Shown here: in pieces, positions 53,810 to 64,000 of the stretch
Position numbering within the stretch: the first letter of the stretch is position 1
How the letters are laid out: every line of letters starts with the position of its first letter
NCBI GenBank assembly: GCA_964057225.1
Contig: OZ059896.1
Span: 16,616,001-16,680,000 of the forward strand
DNA from: Auanema rhodensis
Taxonomy: Eukaryota; Animalia; Nematoda
Length of the DNA stretch: 64,000 nt
Direction: 5' to 3'
Program-made: the position numbers and the translations under genes
The notes under the pieces: model-generated
Told to the model about the DNA's origin: nothing
The model's input: the letters and a program-made list of their open reading frames with translations, nothing else
Databases searched by the model: none

Positions 53810-55321
53810 ATGACAACCAGCACTGAAAGTGAGAATGGAGTCAACGAAAAGCTGCCACCTCCTTTGAATCGAATGGGTTTGTTTGAACCATATATCAAAG
53901 AAGGAAAGCGAATCACAGAAGTTATCAGGTCAGAAACAAATCATTCAATGTATTATCAAAACTATTCATGCAGGTTCAATCCAGTTCAAGTCTTTTTCAC
54001 CGGCTTCTTGCCTCCATTGTTCGGATCAGTATCAGCAATTGCTATTGCATTGATATTTCATAATGATGAGATCAGTAATTATAATTGGCAATGTGGAGTG
54101 AGTTTTGAAAATTATTTGAATTTCCGCAAAAATAACTATAAAATGTTTTGTAGAGAGCTAGGCTTCCATCATTATCTCGAATTATTAATCTTCCAGTCGA
54201 ACGTACGTTCTGGCAACTTTTTCTCTTATTTCACGTCCCGATTCGATGCGTAGAACTGATAACAGGCTGTAAGTTCTTTATAAATATATTAATATTCTTA
54301 AAAAACTTTTTTAATTTCAAGTCTCAAGATACAAACGAATGAGAAATGTGAATTATAAGCGTGTATGGCTTTATGAGATTTCGAGATATTGCTATTTCTT
54401 TGTCGGTCTGTTAGAGCTTATCTTTCTATCAGGTCTCTCAATTATTGGTGAACGGGAGAATATTCGTATGACATTATTAATCTTTTTACATTTTTAATAC
54501 TTAATTTTAGAAATGCATGTTATATTCTTCTATGTATTCGGATTTTGTGGAATTGGACATATGATTTCAAACATATTTTGTCATGCTCATTCATTATACT
54601 ATCTTAATCCATATGTAATTAATATATACATATTAATATTTTAATAATTTATAATTATAGGGACGTCTTTCATATTATTTGAAAATACTTTTTACTGGAT
54701 TATACTTACTCTCTGCACCTATTTTAGTTGGATCATTCATATTATATTGGAAGAAATGTATAACATGGGGTAAGACTCATATCTAAACCTTTAAATACAG
54801 TATAAATGAAAAATAGTATATTATTCAATTAGTTTTTCGATATTTTCAATTCAATGAGCCATCCAACCGATTCTCATCAATTTCAATTTTTGAAATGTGA
54901 AAGCTCGTCTTTAAAGCATATTCCCTGGATTTTAAATAAATTCTTTGAAATATAATATGATTGATATTTACAATTAGAAAACATTATTTTTTTTATTTTT
55001 GAGCAATTATTATATAATATTTATTATATTTTTCATATTTTAGCTTATGATGTATTTGCTATCTGCGAATACTGTGGCGTTTTCCTTAACATATGTTTCC
55101 ATGGATGCGCTTTTTTCGATATTCAGTACAAAGTAACATTCAGGTTAGTAGTTCATAGAAACTAAAGAAAAGATTTTTTTTGAAAATATATCAAAAAGAT
55201 TATTTTTCCTTTCAGTGTTCGTCATGTGGAAATATTGAAAAATGATAATGAAAAGAATAAACTAGAACAGATATCAGATGTAGAAATGAGACATAAGACA
55301 GCAGTAAGAATGCATGGTTAG
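53810..55321 (+). CDS. Frag1/DRAM/Sfk1-family multi-pass membrane protein (PGAP2-like)
   Basis: Hydrophobic helices plus WQCGRARLPSLSRIINLPVERTFWQLFLLFHVPIR (family LPSIS motif), ELIFLSGLSIIGERENI..H, and C-terminal CITWAYDVFAICEY. TTTCAG acceptor at about 53747-53752. Confidence 0.8.
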
Positions 55322-55655
55322 CAAGCAATTGAATATATTGAAATTATCATAATTTTCAAACACTTAATGTACATAATATTAATTCAAATGTTTGACAAAT
55401 CATATTTATAATTCATGTCTTGTTTTCTAAAAATAATATAATCAACTAGTCTTTCCGTATAAAAAACAATGGTATCAACATCTTACTTAACTGACAGCTT
55501 CGAACTTTTTATGAATTTTAATTAACTAATTAATCTAATTTTTATATTCATTTTTATTTCAATGTTACTTTCTTATTTTTATCAAATATGTGCCGTTGAA
55601 ACCAGAATCTCGATTTCAAATATACACTTTTAATATTATAAAAAGAAATATATTT

Positions 55656-55688
<33 letters not shown>

Positions 55689-56088
55689 ACACAAAAATTC
55701 ACTTATATAATAGTTTATTTATCAACAAAATCATCAAAAAAAAATTTTTAAAGAGAAATTTGTTGCTGGAGAAACAGACAGACATACATATATTATGAAT
55801 GTAAGTATACTGTTTGAAGTAAAAAATAAAGTATAAATGATCTAATTATGATTAAATAATTATCATAACTATATAGTAATACTGTAAAACAAATTTTTAA
55901 AAATCATGTTTTAATGAATAAAATCTATATACATTGAGCAATGAATATGGATTGTAAACAAAGATAATTAATACATTGAACTGTACAAAAGAAACATTTT
56001 TAAAAAATTTTGAGAAAAAAACAAAAACAACAAAGATAGAACAAATTTTTTTAAATTTCCTTTTTTTTTATCTTTTTCTTCGTCTATT

Positions 56089-59000
56089 TCAGAGACATTT
56101 AAGATTTCGTTGACGAATTCGCTGTATTAATTGTTCATATGTTTTATCTGAGAAAGCATGCATATTATCCTGAGCTATTCCAGCTAATGTTTCATTATTT
56201 GTCTGAACAGCTTTTGGTACTTGACCCTTAAATATATTTAAATATATTATTTATTTATTATATATGGTATTAATGCTTACCGTATACGATACAGAATATA
56301 GTTCAAATCCTGCACTAATAGCTTTGTGTGATGCTTCAACAGGATCTGTTCCCTTGTTGTTCCATCCATCAGTGAATACAACCATAACCTAAAAATATAG
56401 GTTGTCTACGAATCAGATGATATTTTCGATACTTTTGTAGCAATCCCTGGTCTGGCACCTTCACGTTCTGAAGATTGTTTAGTACCTTCTTCAATACCAG
56501 CTCCTGCAACATGTTTATATTAACTTTTCGATGATGACTTTCACAATTGCTGTTGAATCTGAACAAAAAGTCCCTTTCTTAGGCAAAATTTTTCTTTTTT
56601 TATGATTTCTCGACCCAGTGACCGTTAATGGCATCATAGTCAATAAGTCGGAGAACAAGAGAAAAGATATAAAAACCAGTTACTTGAATGGCTGTTTGGC
56701 ACACACATATACATACACGGACAAGAAGCTTCTAAGACTTTTGTACAAATACAATTTGGCATTGTGTTCAACTCAGAAAATCTTATAACGATTCTATATA
56801 TGTATACATATATATATATATATAATATATATATATATATTATATGTATACACATAATATATGTATATATATATATGTAATAATAATAATAAACTTTTTT
56901 GGCCTTTGATGCTCAAAAGATTCAAACATTTCTTCACATCAACCTTTTCTCATAACAATTGGCTCTTATAGTTTTACTCATCATTTCAAATACTTTAACT
57001 GAGCTTAGCCAACCAATTTGCCCTTCTCATAACCTGTCAACAATCTTTAGACGATCTTTGATGAGTAATGCTTGTGATCAGTTACAACAAAAATTGAAAT
57101 CAGCACTAACCGATAGCCGTTGTACCACCACGACTTTCCAAATTCTGAATAGCTTTCAAAACTGAAGCCTGATCTTTGTATTGCTTCAAATTAAATCGTG
57201 TTCGAGTTCGGCCGACAGTAGCAAACGTCACTGCAGCGACCTAAAACTGATTTTATGTGAATATTACTGAAGATTTCAGATGTTTAGTATTTCATCTCAA
57301 CAATGTGGATTTTTGATCGTGATCTATGTACGTTCATTAATGTTACCTGTGTGTGATGTGGGCCGATTTTCAAGGCAGATACGAGTCTAGCCGCTAAGTT
57401 CTTGTAGAATTGATAAATTGGATCAGTTGTAGTTGAGAAATCAAGTACTAATACCAGATCTAGTTCGCATCCTTAAAATGAAAGTAAAAATGTTGTTCAA
57501 GAATATGAGCTATATTTTTGGAAAATGAAGTTCCAACCTGTTATAGGATTTGTAGTTGTGGTCGTTGTAGTGGTCGTTGTGGTAGTAGTGGTCGTTGTCG
57601 TCGTCGATGTTGTTGTAGTTCTACATTTTTCCTTAAAAAAACATATATAGTAAGATGAATCATTAAAATAACAAAATGTCTTAAAAACTTTAAATTTTAC
57701 TGTTATTTTTGATAGAAAAACAACAAGTTAAAACATCAATGATTTGAGTAGAAATGAAGTTGATGTACCTGAGCAGCTCGAAGAATACGTTTTGCTATAT
57801 CAGTGGCTAGTTCACGTCCACTATGCATAACAATGTGATTGATATTTCCGGTAATATCCATAAGTTCTCTTCTACAATTATTTTTTCATTTTTTTTCAAA
57901 TACGTTATATCTGATAGAGGGAAAAACAAACTTACGTATCAACTTTTTTTGGATCTCCAGTTGCTGCAGCAAATACCCAGGTGTTAGCTTCCTTCTGTAA
58001 TTTCTGTCCTGGAATTTTTGGATCATCAGCAGATCTGAAAAAGCTTATATATAATATGAAATTTAAAAATAGTTTTTAACCTTCCATCCGTTACAACCAT
58101 AACAACGGTTGGAATAGTTTTATTACGCTCTTGCATCAGGTCCAAAGCAACTTCTAATGCCTATAATGTTTTTTTATGATAATTTATAAAAAATAGTTAA
58201 TTTAAAGACTTTTTTAGTATTTGTTGTTCCCCCAATAGCACGAAGATTATTTGTGATTCGAACAAATTCTTCATTGCTTTTGGCAAAATTCCATTTGAAA
58301 ATTTCTCGTCGATAACTTAATCCGGAGTAAACAATCATAGCAACCTGAAGAAAATTTTGATTTTTATACAACCGATTATCATCAGATAATCAAACCTCAT
58401 GCTTATTAGGTCCTATTTGAAGTTCTTCCGATACATCAGTTACGAATTTTCGACTGGTATTGAAACCTCCCTTAACAGAATCAGATCTGAAATTATGTGA
58501 AATCATCTAAATACATGAAGTATTTCAATAGATTCAGGCATCAATATGTTAAAAGTATCAATATATCGAAATCATTATTTTCTATTTGTAGGTCTTATTT
58601 TTATTTTTCTAATTGAAGAAAGAAAAGTTAATATAATTAATCACATACCTATCAAGTACAATAAGAATGTTCAGTTCACAGGAAATTGGAAAAAGTGGTG
58701 TCGTTTGACAGAAGACAAGCGTTACGCTTGCTAGAAGGGCAAGCTGAAATGAAAAAAGATGATATATTGCTATCAAGTTCATAACAGAATGATAAACATG
58801 GAATTCTATTTTCAATATTTTCTCAAAGATAATTTAAGAAAAGTTATTACAAATATACATTGTAATGGAAAAAAATTAAATATAATTAACTATCTGTTTA
58901 TATTTAATTTGAAACATGGTTTAAACCAATCTCTCTCTAATCTTTTATAGACTCTCTTTTTCTTTATCGTTCTCTTTTTCAATCTTTTCTCTCTATTTCT

Positions 59001-59919
59001 TTTGATAATATCACAGGCTTGTCAAAATTTTATCAAAAGTGTCAATTTATTTATTGTACATGCACACATGACTATACCATATGCTTTTTGTTTTTGCAAA
59101 TTACCTTGATAATCCTTTATTAATTTCTCTCTTTTTTCTTTCTTTACCTCTATCTCTTGTTTTAAATTTTTATTTCTTTTGTAATCATCATCATATTTAT
59201 GTTCTCACTTTAAATATCTCACTCTTATTCTTTACCCACTAACACGCTCATTAACCTTTTTCATCAGAATCTTGCTATAAGCTGACTGAAACAAAATTGG
59301 CAAAGCATTTTCATAAAAACTTCGAAATATTACTGATGAATCTCTAAGAAACAAGGGAAATGTTTATATGAAAGCCGAGAGCAACCACAAACATTCCAAC
59401 ACAATCAAATTTTAAACAAAGAATGTCTTATTTACTAATACATGTTTGACAAACTTTAAGAATGATTACGTGTGAATTTCCTGAGAAAGGAATTTATAGC
59501 ACAAACAACAACAATTCATAAAGCATAAGGTACATATGTACCGTATAAATTATTTAAAAAACTTTTAATTTAATTATAATTGTTAAATAAACTTTTAAAT
59601 TGTGTTTAATTACAATTTAAAAAGTTTATAAATATGAGTTTAAAACAAAATTTGAATTCATAGATTCGTTTCTAATCAAGCTAGGAGAGAATAGATTTTC
59701 ATCGATAGATTATACGATGCTTTATATCTTTCTACCGTAATTTCGAAACACATTATTGCATTACAGTAGGATTTCAGTTTCTTAAAGAGTTTTAGAAACA
59801 GTAGTGATCCAAAAATACAGTAACATATTATGACTTTTAGTTTTAAGAGAATGGTTATAATATAATTTATATTAATAACTTACCCCAAGAATTAGAAATA
59901 TGCGAGGCGGTGAGGACAT
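56089..59919 (-). CDS. Secreted protein with two von Willebrand A domains separated by a Thr-rich linker
   Basis: Signal peptide MSSPPRIFLILG|LALLASVTLVFC. vWA1: CELNILIVLDRSDS (MIDAS DxSxS), GGTTNT, VMVVTDGRS. Poly-Thr linker. vWA2: CELDLVLVLDFSTT, GGTTAIG, VMVVFTDGW. Ends NLKCL*. Confidence 0.88.
56796..56876. repeat. Imperfect (TA)n tract in vWA gene intron
   Basis: TA repeat with occasional G/C interruptions. Confidence 0.85.
57548..57620 (-). repeat. Coding (ACN)n triplet repeat encoding poly-Thr mucin-like linker
   Basis: GTT/GTG/GTC/GTA triplets on the + strand within a vWA gene exon. Confidence 0.9.
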
Positions 59920-60823
59920 AACTGACCAACCTAATGAAGCAGTTGGTTCTTTTTAAGGTCAATATTATCAGTGATGAAGTCGAGCAAGAGTAGGACTAGT
60001 CGAAGAAAACATTGAAAAGCTACCCCCACCTCTCTGTCACTTTCTTTGCCACACCCACCGAAGAAAAGGGCGGACAGTGTCAAGAAAAGATGAGAATTTG
60101 ACGGACATGTAGAGACAATAAGGCAGGCAAATGGGAGCCTGATGATGATGCCGAAAATGTGATGACAACGACGATGAGCGACAACGCTCACGGCAACGTT
60201 TTGACGTTAACGATAACGAAACAGCGTGTGAATGAACAACGAGAACGAGGATGGCATAAGGCGGCTGATGATCATCACGGGAAAACGTGATGCTGATGGC
60301 AGAATCAAAGATGATGGTGATGCTTTGAAATGTTGAAGAAGAAAAGAGTTATTCATACATGTCATAGATGCAGCTACTGTATCACAATCCCTTTCAAATA
60401 GAAAGAACTAGAGAAAGTTGGAGAGGGTAAGAAGAATTAAAGATAATTATATAGAAAGAGGTTAGAGAGAAAGAACTTTGAGAGGTATCATTTTTTAAAA
60501 AAAAAAGAAAGACGAAGATCATCAAAGGAATCATAAACTGATTGATTACTAAATTAATTTAATTATTTTTGAAGTACAATTCAAATTTTTTTACAAAATG
60601 TTGTTACATTTGCTGTACTCTCAATATTAAGATCATATGTACTATATAATAAATATTAAAATATAACTATTGTTTTAAAACAATTTATCAACTAAAACTA
60701 TTTTAATTTATTGAATTAAAAGGTTATGAGTTTTCTGAAATAATCCCTTAAAGTGTATTCCTACCTTAAGTAGAATGTGGCCCAATGTGAACTGATCGAG
60801 CCATGATACAAGAAGATAAGTCA

Positions 60824-60886
60824 CACTGAAGTATAAACTGAAGTATAAGCTGAAGATAAAGCACTGAAGTCTGAGTAAGCTGAAAA
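60824..60886. repeat. Degenerate ~12-bp tandem repeat (CTGAAGTATAAR)
   Basis: ctgaagtataaa ctgaagtataag ctgaagataaag cactgaagt ctgagtaag ctgaaaag. Confidence 0.75.
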
Positions 60887-61528
60887 GAAATAGTTATATT
60901 TATAGTTTCTCCTGACCATCTATTAGTTTTTAATATTTTTTCTTTGTTTTCTTTGTTTTCTGCTTCCTTTTGAAAACCTTGATGATAAGTTAAAAACGAA
61001 AATATCATATATGTACATATACGGATAAGATAATATAGATGAACTATTTATTTATTTCATTCATATCATATTTCTTTTCTGAAAAGTTTCAATTCTCACG
61101 AGATTATTACTTCTACTTTAGCTGATTTTGATACTTTTGTCAACTTTGTATTTCGCCTTACTCTCTCTTTCTATCTCTATCTCTCTAAAATTTTTGGTCG
61201 TCATGACTGGCATCATGTTCACCGAAGAAGAGAGAGGATATGCCACCATCCAACAATGATGATTTGATAATGAACAATTATCTTTATAATATCAATTATC
61301 AGCAATGTACTTGAATAATTGAATAAACCTGTCAGTATTCTACTTGTAAAATCCATTCAATCATCTGCCTGATGAGAAATGCATTTTTTTTGAAAAACAA
61401 AAGAACTTTTCGTCATATCTTTACATGATTGGGGGACATGGTATAACCATAACATGACTATTCATTAGCATATGTTCACAGAATCGGGCACGCTCTTGAT
61501 TAGACATATAAACCTGTCTTTAGAACTG

Positions 61529-61530
<2 letters not shown>

Positions 61531-61616
<86 letters not shown>

Positions 61617-61660
61617 TATCTCTCTCTATCACTCTCTATCACTCTCTCTTTCTTCTTCAC
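61531..61660. repeat. Compound (CT)n/(CTCTAT)n microsatellite
   Basis: Long CT tract with periodic AT/AC interruptions. Confidence 0.95.
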
Positions 61661-63440
61661 ACATGTGAATATATGCTTACATAAACTAACGTGACTTTTT
61701 GATAAATAATTTTTTTATCGATAATAATAAGAAAAATGATTTATTTTCTATCATCTTAAGATCGAATATATTAGAATTATAATTGTTCTTTCTCATGTTT
61801 TTGCAAATGTAAGCTAAAATCACGCTAATTATGACATGATAATTATTCTATACACTATCGATAAAATGTGAAAATTAATTTTTCACAGAAACAAATCAGA
61901 AATCAAGAGTTTCAAGATCTTATCAAACTTTTTCAATCAGTTTTTATGCTATTTTTACAATAATTATTAATATTGTATGTAGATATTTATTAATTATTAA
62001 TTTGTTAAATAATATAATTAGAGTTTATTTGGGATAGATTTTTAACTTAGTCGATTAAGAATCATATTTTGTTTTTGAATTTTTCAACAAAAATTTTATT
62101 TTTCAATCTTTTTTTCAGCTTCTCACCTTATTCACACATATATATTATATATGTATGTAACATCTAAATTTTCATTTAAATTATGATCATTGATGTAGAT
62201 GACGCTTACATCACAGTTGGTGAACTTTACGAGGTTAAAACAGTAGGTCAGAATATGTGATCAAAAGTAATAATATAATAACCTTGATCCTGGAAAGTCC
62301 CTCTCTTCTTTTTAGTCATTGGTCTTTATGTCCTCCCCCTCGTCCCGTTGAGTAGAATACTTCGGTATTCTAAACACTCTCATTACATATCGATTTGCTT
62401 ACGCCTAATGAGATGACTTGGAAACACGTCGGAATGTCTAAAGGCATTCTTTTGTATTCTGAAGGATATGCTAAGAATCACATGGAAGCTCAAGCAATGC
62501 TGGTGAATATGGAAATCATATTTCAAGTGAATGCTGTCCGCTGTTAAACACTGCTTTAGAGTAAAGATAAAGTAGAATATGAGAGAGTCATATGGCCGTA
62601 AAGAGATATAAGCTAGCCTTTTCAAAGTTCAATGTGAACACGTGGTACATGGTACATGTATTCGTATACTCAAAGAAGGCCACGTACTACGTAGGAGGAT
62701 AAGGATGTAAAGCTTCTAAAGGGATTTTTTTGAATTTTGAGATGTGTTAGCTTAAACTATGTGATGATTCGTTAACAAAACAAAATAGAAAAACAAGCTT
62801 TTCATTCTACCTCAAAAGTTGTTGTGTTATTTCATACTCATGACATCAACTTCGTTATTTTCTCGTAGGTATCACGTGAAGAAATCAGAATATTTTCTCA
62901 CGTAAAGTTCGTGTAAACGTTTGTATTCATTTGCTGAATATGATGACGAACAGAGAGGTTGCATTTATTTGAGAAAAAGCTCGAAGGTTATTATTTCAAG
63001 TTAATGAAAAAAACGACAAAATGACGTAAGTAACATCAGGTTTTGCTTAGCTTCAACATCCGAATCAAGATTCAGTCTGCTCTTATATTGTGTCCCATAT
63101 AATGCCTTTTACCTCTCTCTCTCTTTCTTGCTCCTCTCGTTCTCTCTCTATCTTTCTGTATTTCCTTTGTTGGAGTTGTTTGAATGGTTTATATTTTTCT
63201 GCAAAAAAACATGTTATATGAGAGGTAATCACTCCCTTTCCTCTTATCCATAGTAGTCTTCAGTCGAAAAAAAAAAGAATGTTTATTTGTTTAATTAAAA
63301 AATTAGAAAAAAAGTTGAACTGATTATTAATTCACCATTTTCTTTATTCGGTACCCCCTCTCTCTCTATTCTCTTTGTCCCTCTGTAATTCCTACTTCTT
63401 GGCTCTGTCTATCCCTCTTCATCTTTTTGGAGTACAAGTC

Positions 63441-63478
63441 CCGCCTCTAACCGCCTACTCTTCTTAACCATATAAAAG
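63441..63478 (+). promoter_or_regulatory. Core promoter: two CCGCC boxes plus TATAAAAG
   Basis: CCGCC at 63441 and 63451, TATAAAAG at 63471, about 350 bp upstream of the signal-peptide ATG. Confidence 0.55.
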
Positions 63479-63823
63479 GTTTGAGCTCGACGAGGTTCAG
63501 ATGAGTTTCACCTATTTACATAAATCTGACTTACGATTTTTATTTATATCCCTAATCTTGACTACAACTTGCTGTTATCCTGCCATATTAACATCTACAG
63601 ATTAATGATCAAAAACATAATTCTATTAACTGATTCATAAGAGCATTTTCTTTGTTTTTTCGAGTCAAATCACACATTTCAAATTTATTTTATCCTTCAT
63701 CATGTTTATACTTGTTTATTCTCAGATTAACTCATGCATAAATAAGTTAAATATATGTATTTTAAATGATATTATATGCATCTCATTCACAATTAAAAAA
63801 TTATATATTCTTTAAGGGTCGAC

Positions 63824-63917
63824 ATGAAGGTGCTCTTCGTTCTGTTAGCTATTTGCTTGGTTATCTCTTATGCTCTTCCGCAGTACAATCAGCCACGATT
63901 CCGGAAAAGCCAATCTC
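63824..63917 (+). CDS. First coding exon of a small secreted protein, possible peptide precursor; continues beyond window
   Basis: After the tttaag acceptor: MKVLFVLLAICLVISYA-LPQYNQPRFRKSQS, a clean signal peptide, then donor gtcagt at 63918. TATA box upstream. Confidence 0.7.
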
Positions 63918-64000
63918 GTCAGTCTTCTATTCAATTCTTATTAAAAAATAATACAAAAATGCAAATAAATGGTAAAACAGCTAGCAATTCACAAATTATA

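Noticed and set aside
60824-60886. CRISPR-like array
   Set aside because: Eukaryotic locus, 12-bp units and no unique spacers.
62325-62385. HDV-like ribozyme around CCCTCGTC and the UUCG hairpin
   Set aside because: Could not build the P1/P2/P3 nested pseudoknot; kept only as a generic hairpin.

Overview
AT-rich eukaryotic genomic DNA from a rhabditid (clade V-like) nematode. The evidence is TTTCAG acceptors, many 40-50 nt introns, abundant (TA)n/(CT)n microsatellites and proteins close to C. elegans orthologues. Most ORF-track entries are exon fragments or low-complexity noise, so I assembled gene models by hand from splice sites. Gene order: Ly-6/three-finger membrane protein (-), sma-10/LRIG (-), ING-family PHD protein (+), gpa-7 G-alpha with a 10.9 kb first intron (+), riboflavin kinase (-), TTI1 (-), SH2D4-like adaptor (-), an unannotated coiled-coil gene (+), gcy-37 soluble guanylyl cyclase (-), two tandem White/ABCG half-transporters (+), a second orphan multi-exon gene (+), PGAP2/Frag1-family protein (+), secreted double-vWA protein (-), and the first exon of a small secreted protein running off the right end (+). 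The most interesting lead is the coiled-coil gene at 37.4-39.4 kb, whose last three exons align without gaps, in two blocks, to the Shroom SD2/ASD2 (ROCK-binding) domain as I recall it. Other highlights are a required GC-AG intron after the ATG of gcy-37, a TTI1-RFK operon signature, a possible ABCG heterodimer pair, ETS and E-box clusters in the gpa-7 intron, and a repeat-built 5' exon with a uORF. I could not support any tRNA, rRNA, CRISPR array or autonomous transposon. Orthology calls rest on remembered sequences, not database searches.
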